Origin: Xylographa opegraphella
Taxonomy: Eukaryota
Length of the DNA stretch: 51,903 bases
Assembly: GCA_022813865.1 (NCBI GenBank)
Contig: JALDZX010000091.1
Location: 1 to 51,903, forward strand
Reading direction: 5' to 3'
A program made the position numbers and the translations under genes. This document shows, piece after piece, positions 24,641 through 38,406 of this stretch. Position 1 is the first letter of the stretch. Each line of letters opens with the position of its first letter. Below the pieces are notes generated by a model. The model made no database searches. It saw nothing but the letters and a program-made list of their open reading frames with translations, and was not told the origin of the DNA.

Positions 24641-25904
24641 GAGAAGAGACGGGATCATGGGTCAATTGTTCGTTTCCATGGATGGCTTCGAACCGCAATT
24701 GACGAGCATGTGCCCAAATTTGATATGGAGCCTTGGTACCAAGACATGCTGCTCACGTACTTCAGTGCTGTCGGGGGGTTGTGGTTGGAGCCAATTAAAG
24801 TGTGCATCAAGCAACCGAAGATCGCCAATTTGAATTTGGTGGACGGAGCATGAATGCAACTTCAAATTGTCCTATTGGATGTCGTTCGATTTTTTCCTCC
24901 ACCACGTCCATGAACCGTCCTTCGCTTTTCTTTGGTCAGGTTTCTAGCTGATGTCAATGCGTTCAGCCTACCCAACCGGAACAAGTAGCAAGAAACCATC
25001 ATGCCACATACTCCGGGTATATGTCGTAGTGGCAGTTAATGGCTCAACGAATGCAGGGCCGCTCAAGCGACCGCGCCTTCTTCAATACACATCGGACATT
25101 AGTTAGTGCTTGAAATGTGGAGACGCCGCCGGATAAGCTGCTCAACGGACTGTAGTGAGGGCCGTTTGACAGCCGGGGCAAGCTAGATCCCAGAGATACC
25201 AGAGATGTACTGTCTTCATATACACCATAAATTGCCCTTACTCATCGATTCTTTTGCTTCCTCTGCTTGGTGGTGTAAGTCGCGGGATCGTCTTGAAGCT
25301 AAACGCTGGCGATCCAACATGCTATGCCGAATCCAGGAGAAGGCGTGCGCCATCTTTCTCCGCCAATGCTGGGATGCCAATCCTCGTTTCCTTGTTCAGC
25401 CATTGGCACACCCTTCGGAAGAGCAAAATACTTGTACTATGTTGGAGGCTGCCGCGAAACGGCTGTAATCGTGTCAGCAGCGGCGCCGTTCACAAGTCCC
25501 TATCGCAATCCTTGAGATGTATGGAAGTGTCAGTGTTACGCCACAGCAGGTCGAGATAGATTTCCATCGCCAAGTGCGAATCGTCTGTTGCCGTTACTCT
25601 AGAAGCGTGGTGCATCGTTGGACAGAGAGGGCGTTTCAAGCGATCTGTAACTTAGGTAACGTGGGGAGGACGGATGAAAAAGAAGACCGAAGTTGCAGCT
25701 TTGGAATCTCGAACCTAGGATCTATCCTAACCCTATTAGGAAATGTACGCGAAACGCCGAGCTTGACCTTTTTGCGCTATTCTTACATAAAAATGGCGGT
25801 GGAATAATAATGATGGGATGAAGGAAAGTGGGAGATTGCCACCGTCACAGGCGTCGAGGCTCCGGTGTTAGTAGACATCCGATATTGTGTGACTTGCAGT
25901 GTTT

Positions 25905-25940
25905 CAATCCATCCAATCCATCCAATCCATCCAATCCATC
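25905..25940. repeat. 9-bp tandem repeat (CAATCCATC)x4
   Basis: Read directly. Confidence 0.9.
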
Positions 25941-26119
25941 TCTTCTGTCTCGTATTCGGCCACACTTGCAAAACGAGTGGCATGATCAGCCTCGAACTCG
26001 AGGCCACACTCGCTCGTTTCAGCTAAGCCCAAAGCTGCGACCCCTGTCCGCGCTGTATGTCCAGCGATCCTGCCCTTCCCGCGACATGATACACTGATAC
26101 TCCGACGCACATTCTGGGT

Positions 26120-26122
<3 letters not shown>

Positions 26123-26160
<38 letters not shown>
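26123..26160. repeat. (GA)19 microsatellite upstream of the RhoGAP gene
   Basis: Read directly. Confidence 0.95.
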
Positions 26161-26163
<3 letters not shown>

Positions 26164-26499
26164 CGATCGCCTTTGCGGCCCCCAGCTTCAGTCCGCTGTC
26201 CTACATCACCGCCTGCACGTTCCCGACACCACGCTGTCCACCCAGCATCTTCCGCTTGTCTCCTGCGGCTACTCACGCGGCACTTGCGCATCATCCCGCC
26301 GTTGTGACGCTTCACTCGTTGCTGAGCCTGGACCGACCTCAGCTGCGTCTGACCCCCAGTGCTTAATTCGTCCTACACTCTTCACTTAGCGGGAGCTGGA
26401 GGACCAATGTAGTATTCGGCCTCATCGATAGACCTTATCTGCTGAGTCGGCCACTGTTCAGGCCCCGATAGAGATCTTGCGCCGTCGTCGGAGCCGACG

Positions 26500-29400
26500 A
26501 TGGATGCACCGATACCTTACCCAGAGTCTCCCATGGAGGATGACGTTGCATATCCGTGCAAAGGGTGCGGAAAGGTGAGACTCACCTTTGTATCCGCTGA
26601 TTGCTGCTTGCTTTCCTGCTTGCTTTCCAGCTTGCTGACGTCCGTAACTTCGAGCCAGATTCTGGAAGAAGGAAAAGCATTTGAGCTGGGTAAGGATGAA
26701 AACTGAACAAGAGATACCAGTTTATCCATCTGACGATCACATAGCTGGTAATCGATGGCACATTGACTGCTTCCGCTGCAACACATGCGGCACGCTGCTC
26801 GACTCCGATGCAAATCTCCTCCTCCTTGGCGATGGTTCCCTCATCTGCAACAATTGTACATACAGCTGCAGCGCATGCAAGAACAAGATTGAGGATCTGG
26901 CGATTCTGACAGGCGACCATGCCTTCTGTGCGAATTGCTTTCGGTGCCGGAATTGCAAGCAACAGATTGAGAATCTGCGTTATGCAAGGACTTCGCAAGG
27001 GATATTCTGCATGGAATGCCACGAGGGGCTGATGGCGAGGCGACGGAAAAAGTCGAAGACAAGCCGCCACAAACAAGCCAATAATAATGCTATGTTGCTG
27101 GACAAGTCGTTACCGTCGCTTCCACCAAATGCTGTCCGCCAGACTGCATTTTCGCCTGATTACGAGACTCCTCCATCGGATCATTACTCAGACACTCCTA
27201 CGGAACTTCCTGCGGACCCCATTGTCACAAAATCTACCAAGTCCAGAAAGTCGGCCCGGAACAGATCGCCTCCTTTGTCAGACGACGAACGCCGAGGTAT
27301 TTTTTTCACCACAGGATATCTGTCACAGAGATACTAACTCTCGCAGACAATTTAACCTTACCACCAACTACTTACAAGAGCAACAGGCATTCGGCATTAT
27401 CACACCGTTCGGATAACTCCTTAAACGGAGATGACTATTACATTCCCATGGCACTCGATCCCAATCCAGCTCCGGGACCATCACCTCTCATCAAACAACA
27501 AATTCTCAACATTTCGGAGGAGGTGCCAAAGCAGAACCCACGAGATTATTTCAATACTAAAGGCTCACAGTCTGCACGCAAAGGCTCTCAGGACCATGAA
27601 AACGCTCGACCCACATCTAAGCAAGACTCTCTAGCCAATTCTCAACCGAGCAGTCCTCATATAGCATACCTGGAGAAGGGGCGGGGACCAAGTTCAGAGG
27701 TCTTGGATACTATCCGGAAGCGTAGTGTATCAGGTGCTGTGAATGGACAGTCCAATGCTGCAGCGATCGACAAAAGGCGTGATGCGTCTCCTCGCAATGG
27801 CGACAAGGATCCGGAGAAGTTCAAGCTTCAGGAAGTCCCAAAGCGACGAAAGTCTGGTTCATCTCCCAGGGCCTCAAGACTGGATGCGGTCACTCCAGCA
27901 ATTGACACTTCTGTTCTTGATTTGAAGTCCAAATCGGCGCCCGCATCGGCAAATGTGCAGCTCAAAGAACAGCACGTAGTCGTCACGTCTAGCGACTCGC
28001 CGAAACTGCCGCAATCTGAGTCTACTTACACAGCTTCGCCTAGACTATCTCAAGATTCGAAAACGCTCGACAATGGGTCGATTGAATCTCCAAAATCTCG
28101 CTCTTCACCATCAAGCACTCAGCTTCAGCATTTACCCTTAAGAGGAGACTCGTTGCAATCATCATTCCCGAAAAGGAAAGAAGTCGGTAGCGTAAGAGTA
28201 GGATCTAGCTCTTTGGCTGTTGACGGCCTCCACGGCCCTTCAGCTTCGCCGGCTATATCTGCCGTTAATCAGGATTCTCCCACATCTTCAGCAAATATAA
28301 ACGGAGGGCGAATTATTTCAAGACCAATCGAATCTCCTATCTCGAAGAGTAGTACGGATTTCATGCAGCCCCCAGCACGTGCGAAGGATCGGCCTCAATT
28401 GTCCGCAGCTTCTAATGGTGACTCTTTCGTCTCACCCAGACCGCCGCCTCATCCTCCCATGGAGATTCATCAAAACCACAAGGCGAAGAATGAATCCATT
28501 AGCACAATGCAGTCTGAATCAACCCGAAACGGCGAAACACCTTCTTCACCAAAATTGCCTCGTTACAGTGCAGGGGTAGAGTTCAACATGGCCGAAGATA
28601 TGGCCAGAATTCTTGGTAATGATGCGCAAGATTCAGACCAAGCATCGTTTTTACGACGTGTGTCCAATTCGGTCCGCCATGCAAGAAGTTATAGCGATAG
28701 AGGTACACGTCTTTCTCGAGAGCAGAAATGGCCCAAGTCACCGCTGAACGGGGGTACAAGCGGTAAGTTTGCTCATGATTTAAACACTCCAACGAACTCA
28801 TCTCCAGAAGCGAAAGGAGACAACTCTCTTGTTACGAGTGAGCTTCGTAGACTTCGTCAGTCTTCCTTGGAAAAAGATCAGAGGATTGCCGAGCTGGAAA
28901 AGGCACTGGATTCGAAGGCCAATATTACTCAAATCAATACAGAGCTTCGAAAGAAGAGATCAACCATTGTCGTGCTCGACACTCAGAAGGACATGGTCAT
29001 TCGAGAGCTCGAGACAATGACTGATCATATTGCAAAAGCAAAGAAGGACGAAGAGCCGCTTGATGTGGGAAAGCTGACCAATACTATGCTTGTGGACTTT
29101 GCCGATTCACTACAAAAGCTCAAGGACTCTTTTGCGCCGGTAATCGAAGAACTGGCAGAGCAGAAGCAGGTCCTGACTGAAGACATATCAACATTATTAA
29201 AGGAGCAGAAAAAGATGATGGATGAGATCGAACAATTGTCGATGAAGAATTCACATCTCGCGGACCTCCACAATCAGCTAATTAATCAGATGCAGTCATC
29301 ATATCAACAGGGTAAAGATCGTTCTTTGGATGCGTCAATACCGGCACCTCAGGGCCTTGGTATTTACACTCATCACCAGAAGGAAAAATCAAATGTTTCA

Positions 29401-30564
29401 ATTGACAGCCGCGAGACTCGCCCATCATATGCAGATACTTATGCTTCAGAGAAGTCACTGCTGCATTCAGATCACGATGCTGAGCCTGCAACTATTCTAA
29501 GTGCTCCCCAAGTGGTGAATATACGGAAGGGGCAGCCGAAGAAGTTCAACTGGAGAAAGGGAGGCCAAAATGTCGCAAAAGGTGTTACCAAAGGACTAAA
29601 AGGAGCATTCACCACTACTAATGCTGGGGACGGGACAAAGTACCAGCGTGAAGGTTCAATAACTGAAGGAATTCCGTATGGCGCAATGCCACAAAGTCAA
29701 GAATACCCTGCGACTTCCTTTCCGAATAGAAACGTCGTAGATGATCCATCGAGGCAAGGTTTTGGTCTGTGGGGCAATACAAAGCCCAAGACTGGTCAAG
29801 CAAGAACCATACCCAACGGTAACACTCCGTCTGTCGTGGTGGAGAACCCCTCAGGTAAGGATCCCGACCACAACATATGAGTAGAGCTGACTTGTCCCCC
29901 AGTTTTATATGGCTCCGAGCTTGAACAGCGAGCTGAATTTGAGCGGGTCAATATACCTGGTATTATCATCCGATGCATCGAGGAGGTGGAGCTCAGAGGT
30001 AAGACGACACGTTGGCAGATTACGGGGTGCATTGGGATGCGATTGCTAATATTGGCAACAGGGATGGAAATCGAAGGCATCTATCGTAAATCTGGTGGTA
30101 ACTCGCAGATCCAGATTGTGAAAGAGGGCTTCGAGTATAGCAACGACTTTGACATTTCCGATCCCGACCTTGACATCAACGCTGTTACTTCCGCCCTCAA
30201 GCAGTATTTCCGCCGACTGCCCACTCCCCTAATCACATGGGACGTCTACGACAAACTCCTCGACTCTACTATGGCACCAGACGAGGCCAGTCGGATTGAC
30301 CTGATGCGTGCTGCCATTGGAGATTTGCCATTCCATCACCGCAGCTGTCTCGAATTCCTGATCTTCCATCTCCAGAGGGTCGTTGCGCACGAGAGGCAGA
30401 ATTTGATGACTCCTCTCAACGTTGCAGTGGTATTCGCGCCGACCATCATGCGGCCCGAAAGCATCGCGAGGGAAATGAGCGATACGCAGTTGAAGAACCA
30501 GGCTGTTCAATTCCTCATCGAACATTGCGAAGAAGTCTTCCTGAAGGCTGTGGATGAGAAGTAG
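26500..30564 (+). CDS. rga1: LIM-domain Rho/Cdc42 GTPase-activating protein (Rga1/Rga2-like)
   Basis: Exons 26500-26574, 26659-26689, 26745-27296, 27347-29854, 29903-29998 and 30062-30564. Two N-terminal LIM domains (CKGC...WHIDCFRCNTC, CSAC...FCANCFRCRNC...CMECH), a central coiled coil and a C-terminal RhoGAP domain (EGIYRKSG, LKQYFRRLP, NLMTPLNVAVVFAPTI). Confidence 0.93.
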
Positions 30565-31283
30565 ATACTCGACGCTGTACTGCGGGCGAAGTGCTCTGGA
30601 GACCGAGGTGTGATACCCCAGAGGGAAGCTTGTGTATTAGGCTTGTAGCCGTTTTTGCGTCTGTCTTCCACGTTGTGGATCTCTTCGCCGTCCTCCGTTT
30701 ACACAACTAAAACGCATCTTCATTCGAAATTTCTAGCGATGGTCCTGCTGTCTTTGTTGATTGTTGAATCAAGACATAGCGCAGTACGATATCACGACGT
30801 CCCCCACCACCCCTGGCTTTTTGGTGCGATGCACTACAGCGGGATCTTTAGCCCGATTTTTATAAGGAGTGAAGCGTTCGCGAGTTGAATCGTTTATGGC
30901 CTGAAATAGGCCGGATAGGGAACGGCTACTTTTATATCTTGTGTATGATAAAAGGCTTTGGGCTGGTCGCGAAGTGGAGTAGAGTATCTTAGTGAACAAC
31001 CCAATTGAGAGGCTGTGTTTGAGATGGTGGGCTACGTGCTTGCTGCGATTGAATCCTGGTAGTATCTGTGAGTCGTGGAGACTTCAGCGTGTTCTATCGA
31101 CGGCGTGTGGAGCATACCAGCTCTCCTGTGGCACGACATCCGTAGACTACTCGTCCTGCTCATCACGGATGCCATTAATCCCGCTTACGCTCCCGCGTTG
31201 CAATCATATTCATTGGTCCCATCATCTCATCCCCGCCGTCTTCCGTATCCGAACCATACCCTCCAGTTCTCGTTCACGCACGC

Positions 31284-32670
31284 TCAGAATGTATCCTCGT
31301 CCAACAATCCCCCTGGCTTCACCACACTCGGGCTGTCATCCTCCTCCACCTCTTCCGTCACATCTCCCCGCGCAGTCATCAGCAACCCTTCGACAATCCG
31401 TTTACTCGCCTCCCGCGCTAGACAAACCCATCCCAGTCAGCCACTCACTCACGGCAAACGGACTCGCACCCCATTGTCTCAAGAACGAAGAAAATGAACT
31501 GAAACATACCAGGCGTCTTCAGCAGCCGACTCTGCGGGATGTAGAACTGCATCGTCTTCGGCGGGCTCATCCCCAGCGGCATGCCGTCTTCATCATCACT
31601 GTCGCTGTCCCAGCCAATACCCTTCTGCGCATCTGTGTCAGGCCCTTTGCCAACTTTACCCCGCGCAGGCGTCAGCACACTGATGCCGGGGACGCGCTTC
31701 GCACGCCCAGGGGTGTCGAAAATCTGCGCACAGACTTGTGGAGGGGGCGCCATGGGCGAGGAGTCCAGCTCCGTCGGTTGGGCTTGTCTGCCACGACGTG
31801 CTGTGCCGGGTGTGGGGGCACCGCGATGTGGGAGACGGGCCTGCGCGTGAGGTGTTGCTTGTAGGCGGTAGGTCTTGTCGAGCACGCGGTGGAGGACAGG
31901 GTCTGTGGCGGAAGGGCGGGCGGTGGAGGCTGGTAGGAAGGGGGAGGATTCGGGTGAGGTGGACCGGGGGACGTGATTGCGGGGCGTCGATGGTAAGTCG
32001 GAGGAGGATGGTGGGGGTGAGTGTCCGCTGATGATCTTGTGCCGGAGGTTTTCGTATGGTGAGTCGTAGCTGGCGAGTGTGGGGGGTTGGTTGGGGGCGC
32101 GGGGGGTGCTGTGCGTGGCGGGCGAGGGGAAGGGGGAGGAGGCGGCATGCAAGGCGTAGGTTGCTGTGGGGGTGGCGGTGGAGAAGTCACCGGCGACCGA
32201 GGGGGAGGCATAGCTGGAGGATGAAGGCGTGGTTGCGGACGTGGTGGTGGTCGTGTCTTCTGTGACGGTCTCTTCGTAAGGTGGCGTCTCCTCGTAGCCT
32301 GAGAGGGACACGTTGGCGGAGGCTTCGAAGAACTGCTTCCAGAACTTGGAGGGGGTTAGCTAAGAGGACGAGAGAGTGCTGGGATAATGTACTTTGGAGC
32401 CCTCCCAGACGTTTCTGGAGTGTGAGGCGTACTGCTCGACAATGGGCAGGATGCTGGATGTGACGATACGGTGGGTGCGGCTGAAGTTGTGGTCGATTTC
32501 TATATGGCAGAGTGTTAGATTGAAGGTGCTTTCCTTGGGGATGGTGTGGATGTTCAAGGGGAGGTGAGGAGTGGCTTGCCTTGCAATGCGAGAGTGATAG
32601 ACTGCTCCAGTTTTTCCAATTCTTCTGTGAGCATCAGGTTGCGTTGCGAAGAAGTGCTAGCTCTCGACAT
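31284..32670 (-). CDS. ASK1: DASH/Dam1 kinetochore complex subunit Ask1
   Basis: Exons 32670-32580, 32499-32393, 32344-31510 and 31417-31284; the first intron is GC-AG. Motifs EELEKLEQSITLALQEIDHNFSR.HRIVT.SILP, FWKQFFEASANVSLSGYEE and MSPPKTMQF...LLKTPAREASKRIVE.LL. Confidence 0.93.
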
Positions 32671-32971
32671 TATATCGAATCGACGTTGTAGTTGCTTGTG
32701 ATGGCATTCAACAAGCCTTTCGTTGGCTAGATCAAGTAGAAAAGTGCAAGCCACAACAAAGCGCGTCTTAGGGCAAGGTACGCGAGGGGCTGGTTATCTT
32801 AGCGCAATCTGGAAGTGGCGCAGCTGATTGATGGTGACGACTCCCCATTCGCCCTTCTGCAACTTTGTATCTGGTAAATCGAGTTGCTCCTGCTACGATT
32901 TGAGTACACGAGACAGAACTTCTTTTCGACAAGTCACAGACAACATAATTCACAAAGGGCGATTTCGCAAA

Positions 32972-34122
32972 ATGCCTGCTCCCATTGCCAAAGGTGAGCC
33001 TCGATACCCCTCGTTTCCTCACCTTCCTGTGTCCATATATTCGCTACTGCCACATTAGCTACTGTCATATAAGACATTTCGAACCAAATACTATATATCC
33101 CTTGAGTCAAATAACAAAGAAACTAAAAGTGGTCATCAATAGGCATAATCCTTTCCATCTCCATCCTGCTCGCCGCTGGGTTTGCCGTCTATGAAAGCCC
33201 TCAAGTACGACAATGGGTTGACGAGACTCGACAGAAGATTGCAATAGCACTTCACAGTCTCGGTGATGAAATCAATCCACCCCGAAGCCCTCGCCCCGGA
33301 AGCGCTGATGCTTCTACACGCGAGGACGACAGCCCCGAGGCTGCTGAGAGACGGCGAAGAGCCCGTGAAGAAATCTTGGAGCGTGGACGTATGATGGAGG
33401 AGCGAAGAAGAGCAAGATCCAGCCATCCTTCGCGGGGAATGAGCTTTGACGATATGGTAGACAGAGACGGGAAGTTGAAGAAGGAGAGCGTGGAAGGGGC
33501 GAATACCACAGCTGCAGAAACGACTATGGGTAATGAGGGGCTGAGAAAGAGGACTGCTGTTGTGTCAGAGGATGCCCTTGGGGCTGCTATGGGAGAAATG
33601 CTGGCTAATCCCTTTGCGGACGAGAAACACATTGATATTCAGATGCAGGATGTTTCTGCTTCGGTTGAAAGCCCTCAGCAATCAAGAGAGAGCACTGCAA
33701 CACTTCCAGGGTCTTCCCCTGCAGTTGAACCTGCATCTTACCAACAGCAGCAACAGCAATCTCTGGTCGACACTGAAACAGTTTCCAATCATCCTTCCGA
33801 ACTGCTCGTTGACCTCACACCAACAACGTCAAATTCTTCTGCGCGCAACGACTTATCCGAGCTGACTGCCGAAACTCCACAACATATGAACTACTTTTCC
33901 GTCAATGAATGGGCCGAGAACTCGACTGCTTCTTTCTACTCTCCACCACAGTCAGAAGTCGCCTATAGCGCAGGTGGGGAAACCACAGCGGCCGCCTCCG
34001 ATGCCGGTACAGGGGAGCATGTGGAAAACTTGAGCGACGTAGATATGATCAGTGATGTTGGGGATACATATACTCCTTCAAGTTGGACAGAGGTGGGTAG
34101 CGTGGTGAGCGAGGAGGATTAG
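32972..34122 (+). CDS. Conserved fungal hypothetical protein with N-terminal transmembrane anchor
   Basis: Exons 32972-32993 and 33143-34122. MPAPIAK|GIILSISILLAAGFAVYESPQVRQWVDETRQKIAIALHSLGDEI, ending TPSSWTEVGSVVSEED; resembles a Pezizomycotina family of unknown function. Head-to-head with ASK1. Confidence 0.8.
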
Positions 34123-34614
34123 CGACATCAGGAATGATCCGGAAGGGTGGCATTGGCAGGCATGGCGTCAATGGAGCATTGGTTTAAGTTTTATTATCGG
34201 CGACGATTCGGTCATTGATATGTATGGAATTTATGGTGGTATCATGCTCTCATTGCAGATGAAGATCCATTTCTTGGAGGATAATGCAAGGTCCAGGCGC
34301 GCACGAGGGTACCAATATCTTGCAACCAGCATTCAATATTGCGGATGGGTTTTGTGTATGTCAATAGGTATCTACGCCTGCTTGTCCACTTGTACAGTGG
34401 CACCTGCCCCTTGAATTTAGTCTCATTGTCGTGGAAAGCAAAGAAAAGCGACCTTGCCTACCTGATCTTGAGCGACGCAACCCATGTTGTCCTTGTGCTT
34501 TGAGTTCCGAACATCGGATAAAACGCCGCATATAGTCGTCTTGGAAGGTCATTCGCAAGTGTACGCCTTGTCATAGATAGAACTTCCCGCTTCAGCTGTC
34601 GATGAGTTTACTTG

Positions 34615-35272
34615 TTACTCTCCCACGACCCTTCTCACCCTCTCCAACAGCACTTGACTCTCCCGCCCGAGCTTCCTCTGCCCATTCCTCCCACCAGTCC
34701 TTGCCTTTGCCATTGCCCTACGAAACCGCTCTCGTTCCTCCAGCTTCTGCTGGCGTAGCCGAGAGGATTCTTCATACGCTTCTTGTCTGGCCTGGGCCTC
34801 CTCCTTCCGTTTCTGCGCCTCCCGAGCCTCTTTCTGGAATGGTATCGGCTTCGGTTTCCGGGATCTTGGTCTCCGTTGATCTCCAGTACCTCCTGAAATG
34901 CTGATCGTGGTCTCCTGTGGCGGCTCTTCTGGGGCGTTCAGCATTGCTTGTCGTGCGGGATGGAGCTCAAGGCTTGCTGGTTCCTCGGAAGGCGCTTCAG
35001 CGGAGGTTGTAGTGTTGGAGTCGAGCTCCCGTCCTTTCAGCTTGGCATAGGAGCGCTTCAGCTTAGCTTTGTGGATAAGATCCTTTTTGATCTTTTGCAC
35101 TGTAATGAAGTCAGCGGTCGGATGTACCGGAGAGGAGACGTGCATTGGCATTACCTTTCCGCAAATGCGTGCCATCGGGCAGATTCGCTGGGCCTACAGA
35201 GAAGCCTTTGCGTGGTTTTTTCGAGGCTGATGGAGTATCGAATGTGTCATCGTGAGGCCTCTTTGACGCCAT
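34615..35272 (-). CDS. FYV7: rRNA-processing protein Fyv7/TAP26 family
   Basis: Exons 35272-35155 and 35099-34615. KGFSVGPANLPDGT..RKVQKIKKDLIHKAKLKRSYAK, LHPARQAML and GQRKLGRESQVLLERV. Confidence 0.85.
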
Positions 35273-35740
35273 GATGGTCGTACTTGAAGGAGAGACACGG
35301 TAGTTGCAAGAGTCGTGGCGCTGCAAAATGACCTGGTGTGGAGACCGCCCGATGTTCGGCCGCTTACTGCTAGGATAGTGGAGATTTGCGGAAGCGATAA
35401 GATACGGAGTGGAGCGAGCCAGACTTCGAGCATTCAAGGTCAGGAGGACCAGCACTGGCACGATGACTCGTATGTCTCCGAGAGACTTCTCATCAGCAAT
35501 TTCTTCCTGTACGCAGCTATCTGCAGCTGCACCCCGGTCTGCTTCTTTGTTGCTATCCCGGTGTCATGCAACCAGCGGTGCCGCGCTTTCCCAAAGCTTG
35601 ATAATGCCTTCACAATTCCAGCATAACTATTCCCCTCACCGCGGTTCGCAGACGACACCTTAACGCCACATAGCCCCCCAGCTGACAACGACACCTCTTC
35701 ACCGCCCAGATGCCCACTTCTTTAAGACCAGATTCATACC

Positions 35741-38406
35741 ATGCCGATGCTCCATGGCCCTGACCAGCAGTCCGAGGGACTGAATCAGTGCTGGAGCCGC
35801 CCAGACCCGGATATGATCGAACGCAGAGTCTCCGAAGAGAGTATCAGGACGGAATTCTGCGAGGGCCCGATCCCAGACGATGTGGAGGAATTATCTCCAG
35901 AGATTGAAAGCACAGAGCGGGAGGCCGGACTTGGGGTTGAGACCAGTGACAGGCAGGACCTCATCGAACGTCTCAAACGAGGAGAGAGCCCAACCTGGGT
36001 ACCGAATCGCAAGGTGGGTTTTTACTAATTATGAAGACAAACTCCAGCTCTTAACGTTCTTTCCTCCAACTTCTTTGTAGATCAAACAAGCGTCTACTTT
36101 TTGTATCATTAATTTCCTTGAATCTGTATATTATTACCAGAACATGGGACCGAAACCAAAGCACCACTAATACGATGCATGATCCCAAATAGCTACAAGA
36201 CTGCATTTCTGCGAACCTCTCTACGCAACAGTCACCAATACCTGGAGTAACGAGCAATGAAGTTCCGCTTCTTCCGGCTTTTGAATTCAGAGAGAAGCCC
36301 ATATCTTCCTCGGCTGAACTCCTCATCGAGGAATCTCGGGAAGTAGAGCTCGGCCTTCCATCCGAAATCGAACGTCCTCGTTCGGCACTCCACACTGGGG
36401 ACTTTACCAAGGACATAGAGCATTTACAGGATCAGAAGTCTTATTTTTCCAGTACCACGTCTTTCCACGATGTGCCCTCTGGTGACCCACTTGTTTCGTG
36501 TCCAACAACTCCTTGGTTCAAACCGACGATTCGGAATCAAGGAACTCCCCAGAATGATGCTCCGTCCGGCATTTTGGCTCACGGTGTTCCTATCGATATC
36601 GCTAGGCGGCCATCCCGAAGTCGGGCGCCTTCTCTACAGTCCTACTCCTCCAGCTTCGTCTTGAAATCACCCACTAGTCCTCTTGTTCAGCAATCCAATA
36701 ACGAAGACTTGGACTTCTCCCCTGTCGATCTCTCAAAAAGTCCAAGCAGAGTGAACCGGAGATTTACTTTGCCACCGCACGGATTCCACGCTCTAGGCCC
36801 CTTAGCAAATGATTCATCTCCAGGACCATCAGCAGCGGCTCATCAGCCGCCGTCGTTGCGCAAGGAAGAGACTTACCCACACCAGAAGCATTTCCCTAGA
36901 AGGTCGCTGACCTCAAGCTGGTCGTTCCAAACCGCTTCCTCACCACAGACACCGGCCTATCTTCGATCCCGAAGACCTTCGTTCTCTTCTGAGGCTTCTC
37001 CTTTACAGCATGCTGCCATGGTCGGTTCGTACGAAGAATCTATTCTTCGTGGCCGTATGTCAACCGGACCGTCGAAACCTTTGGACTTTACTGCCCAGAT
37101 TGGGGTTCTTGGGAAGGGAGATTGCAAACCAAAGTATCCTGCTCATGTGACCATACCTTTCCCTGCAGTGTATTACAATTGGAACAATGGAATCGGCCAC
37201 AACCCCTCAATGGTGGATGATGAACCAAGCCCTTATGTGGGTCATATCGATCTGGAACATTCGCTTCCTCCGGCGAAGATAAAAGAGAGTCGTCGCCGAC
37301 ACAGGGGTTCGTCCCGAACCCGAGAGTCTGATGCTGCAGGGGTTGAAAGTACGCATGAGCAAGATTGCGCCGCGATGAATCTAAAGCTCCGTAAACGTGA
37401 GAAGCAACGTCGACGGTCTCCTTCCCCCAAAGCACCGATTGGTGGTAGCTATCGTATCCCACAACAAGGTCAACTGCAGATTATGATCAAGAACCCAAAC
37501 AAAACAGCTGTCAAACTATTCTTGGTTCCCTACGATTTGTCGGGAATGGAAGCCGGTACAAAGACATTTATCCGACAACGGTGTTATTCAACCGGACCTA
37601 TCATCGAAGCTCCTATAACATCAAGATCTGTCTCGGAACCAATAATACAAGGCAGACCTGCTGTGATAGATGCCAAGAGCAAGCCAACTCTTCGATATCT
37701 CATTCATCTCAACATCTGCTGTCCCTCGAAGGGGCGCTTTTATCTGTACCAACACATCCGCGTCGTGTTCGCCAACCGTGTTCCGGACAACAAGGAGAAG
37801 CTCCAAAATGATATCCAATTGCCGGAACCCCGGTACAGTACATACAAAGCGAGTCGGGAATCTGTCCCTCCTGTACCCAGCGCAGGCGCAAAACTCACAG
37901 CCGAGAAGGCTCAACGACGGCGCTCGTATGGCTTCGGCGGGCCGCTTGGCGCCGAGGGCTTCAATGCTCTCTCAGATCTTCATGGCCACTTCCTCGGAGC
38001 CAGCTCCACCAACCCCCAGGAGACGTCCACAGAAACGCCGCCCATCCCTCCAATGCCATTGAGCCTGATCCGATCCAAGAAGCAGCCCAAAGCCGAATCC
38101 GTGGTGAGCGCCGACGACCCGATGGACGTCGACAGCTCGCGCCCCACCACGTCTTCCGGCCTCCAGTCTCCTCTCAGCGACAGGACTAACCGCGTCGCCA
38201 ACACGCTCTCGAGCTCCTACCGCAGCAGCGCGAGTAACGCCAGTGACAGCTACGGCAAGCTGAACCGGGGAGACGCCGGGTATGGCGGGGTCGGTGGTCT
38301 GTTTGGCCGGCCGGGAACCCCCGAGCCCGGAGAGGGCCTGCTGGCGCGACGGCTGCGCGAATTGGGGATGGAGAAGGAGGGGCGGAGGCCGGATGCAGGG
38401 TGTTGA
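35741..38406 (+). CDS. DUF4210 / ATOS (FAM214)-like protein with C-terminal Chromosome_seg-type domain
   Basis: Exons 35741-36013 and 36193-38406. DRQDLIERLKRGESPTW, VGSYEESILRGRMS, LDFTAQIGVLG, YRIPQQGQLQIMIKNPNKTAVKLFLVPYDL and LRYLIHLNICCPSKGRFYLYQHIRVVFANR. Confidence 0.88.

Noticed and set aside
30992..31864. 290-aa + strand ORF
   Set aside because: Mostly antisense to ASK1, GTG start and no recognisable protein features.
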